Shown here piece by piece: positions 36,544-50,122 of a stretch of DNA of 64,000 bases. Origin of the DNA: Lobosporangium transversale. Lineage: Eukaryota. Position numbers and translations under genes: made by a program. The stretch lies in assembly GCF_002105155.1 (NCBI RefSeq), contig NW_019028981.1, forward strand, positions 1,550,001 to 1,614,000. Direction: 5' to 3'. Below the pieces are notes generated by a model that saw only the letters and a list, made by a program, of their open reading frames with translations, was not told where the DNA came from and did no database searches. Each line of letters opens with the position of its first letter. Positions within the stretch are counted from its first letter, which is position 1.

Positions 36544-37551
36544 CTAACAGTCAAGGCACGTTTCTCTTTCCATGGCCAGGGCTGTTGGGTCAATATCCCA
36601 TGCAACATTTATACTATTGTCCTCACTAGCGCTCCCTGCTTCAACTCCAAGGTTCTCATACCCAACATTCCTATACACAAAGAAATGATGGTTCAAGCTA
36701 GGATGACTATGAATTTTGTAAATACTACCGAGCCCCCCTGAACCCTTCATCGGGATCGTGTAAAATACACGTCCTATTCGTGAATGAACTAAAGCCATCG
36801 AGCACATCACGCAAGGCTCATGTGTCAAATAAACATCATAGCCGGTGCAAAGATATGCTTTCTTTGGTTGCGTATTCTCTCCCTCATCCTTAGTCTCGCT
36901 TTCTACTACAACTACTACTTCTTGGCCTTGATCATCCTCTTTTTCAACCATGACTGTTGCAACAGACTGAGTTTGTTCCGCAAATGTATCGCCCGCTTGG
37001 AGTGCCAATCTCTTATGAGCCGAACCCTCAATAAGTGGTGATGATAACGATACTGAGACAGTGTTGTCAGTAGGGGTGTCAGGATGTTCTTTTCGTTTAT
37101 CTCCACATACTGGGGATGATTCGCGTGCCTGTGTTTGCATACTACCGTCATCATTTCCATCCGTCTCCTTGTTCCTCATGTGGTGTTCAAATGCTGACCG
37201 CTCTCGACTTGCTACTTGCTCAATACAGTTCATGACTGCATGGTTAAGAATATGTTTGGTGCTGTTCCTGGTATCATATGCAGTCGCCAGAACCTGCTGT
37301 ATTGCCGGATTCACTATTGCAGCTACGCTTGGAAGCTTTTTTTTTATTTTAAGAAAAAAATAAAAAAAAAAAAAGTTTATTAAAAATTACTGTCGTGATA
37401 CCATAATATCTCACCTTCCATTTTAGTTTCTTCCTACCTCTCCCTTTGATACTGCATCTTTAGTGAGTTCCCAAGTATAGCGCATATGCCTCATGATCGT
37501 CTCTAGCTCTGCGTCCGAGACTTCTGGATGTCTGCATTTCAGGATAAAAGC

Positions 37552-37583
<32 letters not shown>

Positions 37584-37893
37584 GGAATTAATCTTTCGGG
37601 TACTGATTGACATATGGATTACTATATTCCCAGAGCATTTCTATAAAAAAAAAAAAAAATAAATAAATAAAAAATAAAGAAAAATACCTAGTGATATCTT
37701 CTCGAAAAGAAATCGGCCAGGCCATCTTCCAAGTCTCAAACTGATTTCGGGTCAATGGTGGAAACTTGGGTACACCATGGATCCTTGGCCTGACATTCTC
37801 GGCAAGCTCAAATGTGGTAAGTAGCGTCTCCAGATCAGCTAAAGTAATGGCTGATTCTTGGCAAAGTACGATGTCTAACTTCACCACTTTTTA

Positions 37894-37933
<40 letters not shown>

Positions 37934-38508
37934 AAAGCAAAATTAAAAACTTTTGATCTGGGGATGCTTTCTTTTTAAAAAAAATAAGAGAGGGAACATG
38001 AATTATACAAACTCTGTACCTCCGTTCTCTGTTAACTTGCGGATTTGCTTTAAATGGTCCAAATCTTTTGTCGGAGGCAGTTGACCACGGATAAATCTAT
38101 TTAACAAGTCGGATAAAATCTTGTAAACATATCACACCGTATCAAGATAAGAGGAATAATAATAATTATAATGGAAAAAATGAAAGAATGAAAGAATGAA
38201 ATCAAATGCTTTACGATATTGCATAAAATGTATGTTACTTGAGAACATTGTTTGTTTGTTTAGGCTCGATCGTAGCAATATACACGTTTTCTATATTGTT
38301 TGAGAGGTATAAACAGCAAATCATTTTAGAATTGTGATCTGATGCTTAGACATTATAAAAAAAAATAAAAAAAATAAAAATAAACTGCCTCGACATCGAC
38401 ATCTAATCTCTTGATCCTAAAGATCAAAAAGAATGGAAAAGAATAAAAGGCAAGATTACCAGTTTCAAGCGAACGTGTCTCTGCATCGGGCAAGACTTGC
38501 TCCATCAT
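36544..38508 (-). CDS. TAD3: tRNA adenosine-34 deaminase non-catalytic subunit, multi-exon
   Basis: HAVMN (Val in place of catalytic Glu), [37 protein letters not shown]. Confidence 0.92.
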
Positions 38509-38742
38509 TTTGAAGCTACGAGAAAGACAACATGAAAGTGTTTGTTAATTCCCTTTTTTCTTTTTTTCTTTTTTAATGTCCGCTTATCAAAAAAACGCGT
38601 AAGTCTCCAAGTCGCGTGGGAAAACGTGTTAAAACAAGGTTAAAAGAACTGTGCATTACATCCATCCCATCCATCCATCCATCCATCCATCCATTCATCA
38701 CTCTCTCCTCTCCAAATTACCCGTCCAGCTCATATTCAAATA

Positions 38743-40141
38743 ATGAATTCCTTTGACTTTTCTCATCACTCCCATAGACGATATAATCCCTTAACAAACT
38801 CATGGGTCCTTTGTTCTCCACACCGAACTCAGCGTCCGTGGCAAGGCAAAGAAGAGGACAGTGACGCGCCTGCTAGGCCAACATATGATCCTCAGTGCTA
38901 TCTCTGCCCCAACAACTCGCGCGCCAATGGAGACAAGAAAAACCCAGATTATAAAGACACTTTTATTTTTGAGAATGATTTCCCTGCTGTCCGAGATGAT
39001 CAACCACCTTTAGATGATACTTCTGAAGGTATCAAAGAATCCTTTCTTCTGCATAAACAACGTGTTAAAAAAAAAAAAAAAAAAAAAAAAATATTAACTC
39101 GGACTTAGCATTGCCACCATTTTTTTTTTTTTTTTTTTTTTTTTTTCCAATAAGATGATAACCCTTTGCTTCAAGTTCAATCCGTCCGTGGACAATGCCA
39201 TGTTATCTGCTTTACTCCTAATCATGCCAAAACCTTGGCTGAAATGTCCGAATCGGAAATCCTACCTGTGATCCATGCGTGGATCAGCATCTATAAAGAT
39301 CTTCAATCCAAGCCATTTATCAACCACGTCCAGATCTTTGAAAACAAGGGTGCTGTCATGGGATGCTCCAATCCGCACCCACATGGACAGGTTTGGGCTA
39401 CAGAAGATATTCCTCAAGAGACCAGTCAGGAATTAGTCAATATGAAGGCCTATCAAGCTAAACATCACCGATGCTTGCTTTGTGATTATGTCAATACAGA
39501 AAAGAAAGCTGATCTTGCAGCAAAAAACATATCAGAAGCAGGAGCAGCAGCGACAACAGCAACTACAACGTCCAACACGAGGACCCCACAGGGATCACGC
39601 ATTATTTGTGAGAATGACAGCTTCATATGTGTCGTTCCATTCTGGGCTATTTGGCCCTTTGAGACCCTCATCATCTCCAAATCCCACGCCCCACGCCTCT
39701 CTGATCTATCAACCACAGAACAACAGGATTTAGCCAATATCCTACGAAGGATAACTTGCAGATACGATAATCTCTTCCGATGCTCCTTCCCATACTCAAT
39801 GGGGATCCATCAATCCCCAACGGGTGACAATAAGGAATTCGAGACTTTGTCCCATTTACACTTGCACTTTTATCCGCCTCTGCTTAGAAGTGCCACAGTC
39901 AAGAAGTTTCTTGTGGGGTATGACAATAAGGAGTTTGGTTTTTATTTTTTTCTTTTTTTTTTTTCTAGCAGAAAAGATAAAAAGATATTTGCTAACTCTG
40001 CAAACTCGTATTTTTTTCTACCATTTCTAAACTCTTTGATCCAGGTTCGAGCTCCTTGCTCAAGCCCAGCGTGATCTCACGCCCGAACAAGCTGCGGCGC
40101 GATTGGCTGATTGTTCAGAAGTCCATTATATGGCTTCATGA
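38743..40141 (+). CDS. GAL7: Galactose-1-phosphate uridylyltransferase, 3 exons
   Basis: [61 protein letters not shown]. Confidence 0.96.
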
Positions 40142-40782
40142 AATCATTTCATTTGTCATAAACAAGTAGAGTAAATAAATTATTAAAAAAACTTCGGATC
40201 TCTGGTTTGCTTACTGCAACCTCACTCGCTTTCATCCCAAGAGACAATAAGCACGACCAAGAACCCCCCATCTTCCCTATTAATGCCGGCAACCTTAGGG
40301 TCGGTGAATATCACTGATTTAACACTAATTTACTAGAGCTGTTGAAACAAAAAGCGGCACCCGATAAACAAAAAATGAAAAAAAAAAAAAAAAAAAAAAA
40401 AAACAGCTAGTTCCCACATGTCGGATCAAGTTTATCATGTATACAGCACCACTATCCAATAATATAAAATCTTCTGTTGCCGTTCGCTGTGCAGATTACA
40501 TTTCCTTTCTACTGTCCTAACGGAGCAAAGCATTGCACTCTTTAGCAAGACAAGAGCCGATCGTGATGAAGCAGCGGTCTTGCAACTTTTTTTTTTTTTT
40601 TTTTTTTTTTTTCCTTAAAAAAGAAAAACTATATTTACAAGTCAATCCTCTTGTTGATTTTGTACATCAAAGTGACGGGAAACTATTCGTTTCTAGACTC
40701 GATGTACTTCCAAATCTTTAGATAGAAGGCATTACCATGTACGTCGTTAGTATTAGAATCTACTTGCATCCATGCCTTCACA

Positions 40783-43700
40783 CTAATGCTTGAACGAGCT
40801 GATACCTGGTCTTTGCTTGCAACTATCTAGCAAAGGCTTTGCCATCCTCGAGCTCACCATTCTCAGCTGCGATTGCTCTGAACGATCGTCCTGGCATCCG
40901 TTGCTCCTCGAGCCATAGCCATCAGCATCTCTTGGCTCCATTATGGAGCGTTTCGGCGACTTTTCCAACTTGTGGGGTGGGAAAGTATCGAGGAAACGTG
41001 CGTTATCCTCATTAGTAAACAGTTGATCCTCAGTAGGCTCTAAAAGCTCTTTAGGCTCCTCATCGTGTCGTCGACGGTTTTTCGAAGGTTTATTCTTTGA
41101 CCTTTTCTTCTTCGAACCCATCATTGAAAGGTTTAACTGATCGTCTGCTTTGAGTTTTGAATCTTTAGGAGGTGTAGAAATGTTGCTCGACTTGGGAGGC
41201 AATTGACTCTGCCTTCCTTCTGGCTCAACCTGGTTCTTAAGTTGATTACGAGGCCCATGGGTACCATTGGGCGCATCATGATGCTCTAGCCTTCGATTCA
41301 CATAGTGATCTGGGCGCTCATGCTGTTGAGAGTTTTGGGAACTACGGTTGCATGATTGTTGCCAAGAACGTCGGCGGTGATATCCATGATAATTAGGCCG
41401 TCTGTTATACATAGGTGACCATTCCCCCGATCTATCACCAGGGGGCTTTGGGTCGTCTTTTACATCCGTGAAGTACGCCATATTGTGGACGTCTCCTCCA
41501 TGTGCATGAGTAACACAGGGATCAAACTCACCGTTTCTTCCTTGACACTGCCCAGGATCGTCGTGGGCCTGATTATGCTGCTGCATCTGTTGCTCAACAC
41601 TCCACTGAGCCACATTGGGGTCCTGAAGCGGTATAACAATGGCTGGAGTTGGCATCCATACTGGCACATCAGGGACTAATGCAAGAAGGGAGAAATGCAA
41701 AGATTTAGTTTTGACATTTAGACCAAGCTGGTGGTCGTTCTTCCTATCAATGGATAAAGACATATCGGAGCCCAGTAGCAAAAGACATACAATATGCAGG
41801 CCCCACCCCTGGCATCATCGCAAACTCATATGCTTGATGCGGAAAACAAGGTCCAGGAGGACGGGCATAATTTGCCATATAATGACTGGTGATTCCTTGG
41901 TCCCCATAATTACCCTGGTTTTGATTGTTGGGCCAAACTGTATGGGCATCGTGGGTGTCCACAGGGAACCTACGGTAAGGCGTACCCAATCCACAAGCCG
42001 AGGGGCCGGGGGAAGGAACTGTCGGTGGAGTCTCATTGAGTGAAAGAGGGGGACTTGGTATAACGTGACTATCAGGTGCCACTGTTGGCTTGCAATGCGT
42101 TCTATAACTGTATAATTTTATGTACTATTAGTAATCTGCTTACAAGTGCTAGGTGTGTTATACCATCAAAGGAAAAGGGAATCAGCTCATACTCTCCACC
42201 ACTGAGCAAAGTGTTTGACTTGAGTCTGGCAGCAATAGGCACATCGCGAAGACGTTTCCCTCTAGTGTAATTGAGCATAGCTAGCGCATCCGCTGCAGTT
42301 GAAAACTCAACGAACCACATGTTTCCAACGGTTTCTCTCCTGATAGACTTTGCAGGGCAATGGGCTTCAGCGAACAACGATGCGATTTCCTACAAAAAAA
42401 AAAAAAAAACATTGCTATCAGTGAATAAATAAATACTTTATATAAGAAGCGTTAAAACTTAAACGGCCAACATACCTCAGATTCCGTTTCTAATGGAAGG
42501 TCTCGTAATATGATTGTGGTCCTTGGCTTTTCAAAAGCGACAGGCTTGACCATGGTGCCCGAATCATCGACCACAACTGCATGAGATCGTCGCAGAGCAC
42601 TGACGACTTCCTGTATATCTCCTGTTATGGCCTTGACTTTCTTAAATCCCGCAATTATCGAAATGGGAACCCAGCGCTCGCTGTTCATCTTAGAAACTAT
42701 TGTTCCTCAAGGAAAGTAAATCTGAGTATGTATGTTATATGAATTACAAACACAAGGGATCATGATATTTTTACTTCCGTACCCAAATATGTGTCCGTCG
42801 CCAAGTTTCTAGGCGAAAAATACCACTCCAATTGTTCAAGTAAACGGTCGTGACTTGAAGCTATATAAAGATATTAATAGGTAAGTAATCGAAGGAATCT
42901 TTCTTTAATCAGGTAAAAGCAATATCTACCGAATTACCCTGGTCAGCGCACGGGCTGGTATCTACTGTTTGTGATGATATCTCTGGAGCTGGCTTTGGTG
43001 TATTTAATTCCAAGTCATACTGGCCTACATTTGGCATCCATTGAGGTGCCCACGGAGCGTTATGGGGATAGTTGCCCCAGGCTGCTACGAATGGATTTTG
43101 GTACAGAAAGCACTCTTCCATTGAGGTAGAGGGCTGCAACATAGCTGTTTGGCTGGACTGTAGTAAATGATAGCTGTTTGAAGGGCTCGAGAAGCTCAAG
43201 TGCCTATCTTGGTGGTGGTCAGAGGGGATCATCTCGTTTTTGCAGCTCTGGTCCATGTCATCGACAAGGATGCCAGTAGTGTGGTGGTAGACAAAGTTTT
43301 GTGCGCCGTAAGAGGGTGTAAACAAGTTCAATGAGTTTGGATCATATGTTAGCAACTCGTCATAAGGAAAAGGCGATATAGGGGGTTTGTAGTATGTAGG
43401 ATTGAAAATAACAGCGCTATCGTTCGAGCTTCTTCTTGGTGCCCGTGGTGGACGCGGAAAAGTTTGACTGGGAAAGTTGAGTGGCTGGCTGAAGTTGTTG
43501 CCTAATGAAGAGTGTAGAGGCTGGTTGTATTTTGTATTTGAAAATGAAGAAAGGCGCTTCTGTTGTTGATTTTGTGACCTGGTGCTTCTTCTGCCTTTGC
43601 TATAATTGATACCACTATTATAATTAAAGGATCTGGCATTGGTGTCGTTGATATCATTAAATCTGATGTGAGGGTTGCTGATGCGATCGTTTCGGCCATT

Positions 43701-43904
43701 GTCACTGGCTTGATTCCTGGAATTGTAAGCTAGATTTGTAGATTGCAAAGCCTCATTAAAAGGGGGCGAATGATCCCCTGTCGATTTACGTCGTGGATGT
43801 TGATACACCTGTTCAGACAATCCGGGTTGTAGATTCTCCACGCTAGTGTGGTTACGGAGATCCTTTACGGATCTGTATGCTAGGATACGATTGTCATTCA
43901 TCAT
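40783..43904 (-). CDS. LARP4: La-related RNA-binding protein (La motif plus RRM), LARP4-like; start uncertain
   Basis: QLEWYFSPRNLATDTYL..WVPISIIAGFKKVK, TIILRDLP, WFVEF..PIAARLKS. Confidence 0.8.
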
Positions 43905-45290
43905 ATGTGCAATCGGCGATTGTTATATTGCAAAGCCCTAGTGTATTGTTTTTGTCCATATGTTGCAGAAGAATTTAGTATTGAGGGTAACGTTAGCTAA
44001 TCATCCTTTCGACTCCTCTATAAACCACGTTTTTTACTTTGCATAGAAATCCCTCGTATGAATTAACGTAGAAGTATAACCAGAATGGGGGTTATAGAAG
44101 TTTAATAAAAGCACTGGTTTCAGTAGAAAATATGTACAAGGATGGTTACGTGATTGTAATATACGTACAGAGGCAAAGAGGGTAAAGTCAAATGTAAAAT
44201 CGACTGCGCCTGCAGCTTGGTGTTTTGGCGTTGAGTTGGTGGAGTTGGGAAGTAGAGAGAAAGGCAGGACAAGCTCAAAGGTGATTTATATTAGCAAGGA
44301 TTTTCGCATGCTTCATAATGTACTAGCTTTACCCGCGCAATGTGTTACACTATTCACTACTATTTCTCGTGAGCTCTTCCTGGAACTAGAGCTTCTTTCT
44401 GTGGACAATTTTTTGTGGATATTTTCGTACAATCGCGCCACATCACATTAAAATAGATATATCTGTGTAGTCAGCACCTTCCTTCTGCGACCGAGGTGGA
44501 GATTGATTTAAGTTTACCTTTCCACGACCTGAAAGAGAAATATGTTCGCGACAGTTGAAGAGCAGAGGCGCTTTTTTTTTTTTTTTATTTTTGGTGGCAA
44601 AATATGGCCCACGAAAGTTTGGTCCAGGCTGAGAGTAAACTTGTTTTTTGTACGACTTTTGGCGCTTGGACCGACAGGAGAGAAGAATGAGAGCGATTTT
44701 GGTTCAATGTTTGTAGAACTTGAATTGAATGGGAAGAACAATGGAATTGGAGTTGAGATTAGGAAACCAGTGAAAAAAAGAAAAAAGTGGTTTCGTTTGG
44801 GTTGAATGGGTTCTGAAAGTGCATAATTAAATGTATGGTTTTACATTTACGCAAAACCCCTGAGTAAAATTATCCACAGATTAATGGACCCCCTTGGAGA
44901 CAAAGCCTCAATATTAATCAAGCTTGGGGATTTTGACTTCCGACACTTTGTTTTGCATGTGCTGACTTCATGATCCACGCGCTTTTTGGACAGGGACTGA
45001 TCCTCGTTTGGTAAATCGAGCACCACAACAGTAAGCAACAAATAAATTTTTTTTAAGCATTTGACATGTATTCTTCATATTTTAATATGCAGGCATTGTC
45101 AAATAGGATCAGATGTTTATTGTGAAGATAGAAAGCACAACCGATATCGAGATATTAGAGGGTGGATGAAAAAGACAGCATCCGAGCCAGAGGAAAAAAA
45201 GGTTTGTGTAGAGAGATTTGAATGCGGCAAGTCAAAAGGCAGTTTAGTGGCGCGGCCAAGGCGAAAGAAAATAGTAAATAATATTGATGC

Positions 45291-45860
45291 TTAGCATGCA
45301 CATCCTGATTCTCTGTTGTCACGGTTAAGATCAACTCCTCTTGGATTGAGTCCTGCTCCACGAGGGCGTGGATTAGCAAGCATATCCAAAGGCATCTTCT
45401 TGGCTATATTTTTAAAGTTCGAAGTTAAAAGGTAAATAGACAATACCTGACACTCTATAAATATTTTTTATTTTTATTTCTATTGATTTTCCTTACCTAT
45501 GCTTGTGAATAACTCATTCACATTAGTCGCTGTTTTAGCAGAAGTTTCGAAGAACAAGAGACCAGCCTCATCAGCATATGCTTGGGCCTCCTACATGAAG
45601 AAAAATAAAGCAGCAGGTACGATTGATCTTCAGTATCAAGAAAATATACTGTGATGATTGAAGCTGTTCTTCGCCACACTGTGTCATCAGTCTATTACCT
45701 CTGTCTCAATAACGCGTCTTGCGCTCAAATCACTTTTGTTTCCTGCCAATGCAATCACAATGTTGGGGTCTGCCTGACGTTGAAGCTCTTTGACCCATGA
45801 CTTGGCTTTGTCCAATGACGACTATTTCATTACATTGGTGACTTAATATTAGTTTTCGCG

Positions 45861-45898
<38 letters not shown>

Positions 45899-46904
45899 AT
45901 ACATGTCCCTGATGTCCCTATATCAAATACGGTCCTTACGCTTTGAGTGATATCGTAGACAACGACTGCACAGTTTGCATTGCGGTAGTACATAGGTGCC
46001 AAACTCTATAAGCACAAAGACGTTAAAAGTAGAGCCGCTTAGTAAAAGTCCATCCCTGACTGATGCTGAAGTGAATATGTATTTTTCAAAAATCACGAAG
46101 GTACACGTGCCTTATAGCGCTCCTGTCCAGCGGTATCCCTTTTTTTACGATAAATATGTAGAGAGGAGAATTTTAATAATTAGCATTATCGCTCATAAAG
46201 AGGCATTAGATATTGATGTTTTCAGTCGTACCAGATCTCAAATTTGACTGTTGTGGCATCATCCAGGCAAATAGTCTGTGTCAAGAAGGCAGCTATTTTT
46301 TTTAAGAAAGTGATTGCAACAGTCAATATGTTGACTTCTCAAGAGTAGTTGTTCTAATCATATCCGCGGCTGCATTATTTTCGACTTTGTACGATCCTGT
46401 GATACATGTCTTCGCCATTGATGTAATATTACCTCCAATGGTGCTCTCTCTATAATCATCAAATTGATCCTTAACAAAGCGGAGGACAAGACTATGAAGA
46501 GTTCATCCATTCACAGGAGGGGGAAAAAAGAAAAAAGAAAAAAGAAAAAAAAGTTTTGAATCAGAATAATGATATTTTTGAGTAGTATTGATAATAACGT
46601 GAACGTATATCTCTAGATTACCTTGATTTTCCAACAGCAGACTCGCCTGAAATTACCAAAAAAAAAAAAAAAAAAAAAAAACCCCAGAGGAATCAGAGGA
46701 ATCAGAAGAATGTAATTTTTGTGTTAGTGAGTTTTACCTAGTGAGGCGGTTGACTGTGTACACTTAGACATCAGCAATTAAAAATATGATTAGCAGAAAT
46801 GCATCAGCTCATTAAGGACAATACACACCCAGCAAAACTAGCTTGAACTGGAAAAGTTTGCCGGATGGCGGCTCTTGCGTTGAGGTCTGACGAGAGTTGG
46901 ACAT
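45291..46904 (-). CDS. YPT52: Rab5-family GTPase (Ypt52/Ypt5 type), about 9 exons
   Basis: [63 protein letters not shown]-terminal CAC. Confidence 0.9.
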
Positions 46905-47676
46905 GGCGCCGATTTTATTTTTGATAACGAATGTGTATAATTGTGAGTTGTATAAATGCAGTAAAGGTGGGTAAGAGTGGGTGTGTTAAGTTTGTTGGAG
47001 GAAGCGAGGAGCAAGATGACGAAGAGAGAAACACATGTGCGCATTGAAGAAAAAAAAAAAAAAAAGAAAAAAAGAAACGTGACTCGATCCGGACAACAGA
47101 TGAGTCTTTACAACAGACCTTTAAAAGGATTAGCTTGGTATTGGCAATCGATGAGGGTCATCCATCATTATTGGAAATGGTCTTATGCTTGTGAATCTAT
47201 TTCCTGTCGGCCTTATAACGAGGAAAACCCAAGGAAGCCGCTATGCGGGAGCTGAAAGGCTCGTAGCGATCATCAATCCCAAATACCGCTATATTGTTAT
47301 TTATATATAAACCTAAGGCTTAAGATATATCGACTAGAGTGTCGGGAAATGCTGGGTTATCTGGCCTTGTGGGGTTGGTGTCATTGGCACCGATGATGGT
47401 GCCGGCCGGAAGGGACAGCGTTAGGTCAACGTGGCGACAAGAGGACTGATGCTCATAATCGCTTCCATGGAGCGAGATTTTAACGCTATTGTTGCGTAAG
47501 GATATACAATGAGAGTTGCGCATTCAACTACTCTGCGAAGCTGGACTATCCTGGCTTCTTCATTTGATCGACGACATCTTCGAGTCAATCAAGCCAGACC
47601 TACACAAAACCGTAAATCTTTAACTTGTGCTCGTCAGTCATGACCATTACCGTATACCGATGAACGTGTCCTCTTA

Positions 47677-47715
<39 letters not shown>

Positions 47716-48512
47716 GATGTGCTCTCTTCCCATTCGAGTAAGTATTACTGACATACGATGGTGCGGCTCTTTAGACATGTATGTTTATGTTCGAATTATG
47801 GCCCGACTGTGCAGAGTTAATGATTATACTTCTTGACGCCGATGATACCATGCCTTTAAGTCTGTTGGCTTTGCATCAAAACTATCAGAGTCGATAATCT
47901 GCTTGGTGATAGTAAAAAAAGTCCTGCTCAATGTTAACTCCCGATGCTTGGTGTTGGGTTTTCGTTCCTGAACGTGTTACATTCTGGATAAGACTTTTGA
48001 CCTTCGATGTTTCATATTACATGTGTGTACAGAACCAGTATCGAACTGCATCGTGAGCTACAACCCAATTGAGTCCTCGCCTTCGGTCTAATGTTCTCAT
48101 ACTTTTAAAGTGCAGATTTCTCAATTATACACATGTATAGATATATATACATATAATGCAACAGGATTTTTTTTATTTAAAAAAATCCCATGTGGGTTTA
48201 AGTCAACGCACTGTGTCCTCTTGGATTCACTATCACATAAATCTGGCTTGACTAGTCGAAATGATATGACTATGAGTTCTTGCTCAGAAATAGTATCTGA
48301 GAGAAAGAGGAAATCAAAGCAGAGGGAGCTTTTCCTCAACCTTGAAGAACAAGAGTCTCAAAAGGCGTCCACCCCGATTATCCTTTGTGTTTAGGGAGCA
48401 TAGTTTGCCCTCTACAAATAATAATAATAATAAAGCAAAAAAGTAGAATGCAAGGAATTAAGAGTTCTTGTACTCTTTTTGTTTTACATTTATTAAGAAT
48501 AACAGATCTATT

Positions 48513-49013
48513 TTAATAGCCAGGAATGGGGCCAGAACTCCACACGACACGTCGAACGTCACTCACCGCAGGGTTGAAAAGCTCGAATATTTCGGCTTCA
48601 TCGTTCACATGTTGCAACAGCTCTTGGTCATGTTTATCTAGCAATGACTGCAGAAGCAGGCTGTCCTCCTTTACAAACAGAAACGCCCAGGTGATCAATC
48701 TACCCCAGAATCCATGATGTGCTAGTGACCGTGCCAGTCGTAAAAACTTATCCGATCCAAGATGTTCGAGTGACATCGTAAGATATGTTTGGGCTGTGAA
48801 TTGACGGTTAGCAAGGATACTGATCATGGTATTGAAGGCATGATCCTCATGATCTCCTCGAGCTAAAGGCTTTCTCTTATCAACTGTTTTCTCGCAAGCA
48901 GTGGCTGCCTTGACGAACTTTAGGTATTCTTTGGTGATACTTCCTTTGATAGTAGAGGTGGGTGTACTGCAAGGTGTCGTCTCGAAGCAGCCTGTACAAG
49001 ATTCGCATGACAT
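48513..49013 (-). CDS. Intronless hypothetical protein, 166 aa
   Basis: ATG-to-TAA ORF with globular composition, upstream TATA-like motif and AT-rich 3' flank. Confidence 0.6.
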   Translation of the reverse strand: MSCESCTGCFETTPCSTPTSTIKGSITKEYLKFVKAATACEKTVDKRKPLARGDHEDHAFNTMISILANRQFTAQTYLTMSLEHLGSDKFLRLARSLAHHGFWGRLITWAFLFVKEDSLLLQSLLDKHDQELLQHVNDEAEIFELFNPAVSDVRRVVWSSGPIPGY

Positions 49014-50122
49014 TGCTCAGTGTTTTAAAGTAAGAAAGAATGAGAATAGTCGTCAGAGGCGAATGCTGATGCCATTGAAGCCTAAATGACCGACTTGGTC
49101 ATATATCACTGGAAGAACTTATAGGGCCCTTAATTATGTACAAAGCCACGAAAGGTCTTCCTAAATGAACCTGACCTGCACCACTCATCGTCTTGATCAT
49201 CTTCCATCATCCCCATCCTTCTCCTTATCCGTTGCTCTCAGCGCTGCAGATCAACTGAATCTCCTTCGTCAAACCCTTTTTCTCAATCTTCTTTTCTTTT
49301 ATTTCTTTCTTTCTTTCCTTCCTTCTTCTTCTTTTTCTCTTCTTTTTTTTCTTTTGTTTTTCTTTTTTTTATTTTATTTTATTTTGTTTTATTTTATTTT
49401 CTTTACCACCATCTATCATTACTCTCTGGATCTGCCGCAGATACATCTTCCTATTCTGCTGCCTTACTTTAACGTTTCCTTTCTCTTTATCAGTGTATGT
49501 TCTTGTTTTTCACTTTATTTTTTATTTTTATTTTTATATTTTATATTTTATATTTTATATTTTTTTCTTCTGTTCGGCGACTTTCCTATGAGTGTTATAA
49601 TGTTGCCCTACTCAGGTCCTTTCTTTCTTTTTCCTCCATAAGAATGCATTCAATGGTGGTTAAATAATCAAGGATGATGTTCCCATCTATTTTATTGGGT
49701 TTCTTTGTCGTCTTTCTCCTTGCATTATATGGACCGAATCTTTACACTTGTTTAGAGTCTTTCTTTCGCATGTTCAGATTCATTCGTTTTGCTTTTTTGT
49801 CCTTGTGTGTTGAGCCTCTTTTATTTACAAATATGACCAATCTTTTTTTGTGTATTTCCTTTTTTTTTTTTTATTGCTTTTTTTGATTTGACTTTTGATT
49901 TCGGCTTGCCTACTCGTCTGTCCTGCCTTGCTCTCCGGGTTCCTTAGTTTCTTTCCTGTTCGTTCCTTCGTGTCATCAGTCCTTTTTGACTGACAGTTAC
50001 AATCAAGAGGCCCCATTTTATTTCTTTGTCTCCAGGGGCATTCCTCACCGTTGTAAAGACTACTGCCATTTTTTTTTCTTTTTTTTTCTCATATTTTTCA
50101 CAATCCAATATCTATTACAACC

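Noticed and set aside
38743..40141. GAL gene cluster
   Set aside because: No GAL1 or GAL10 in the window; GAL7 is a singleton here.
47238..47268. GAAA-capped hairpin as a ribozyme or ncRNA
   Set aside because: Single short stem without hammerhead, RNase P/MRP or SRP core motifs.
49165..49886. Phe/Leu-rich membrane protein ORFs
   Set aside because: Translation of T-rich leader and intron sequence upstream of the RRM gene.
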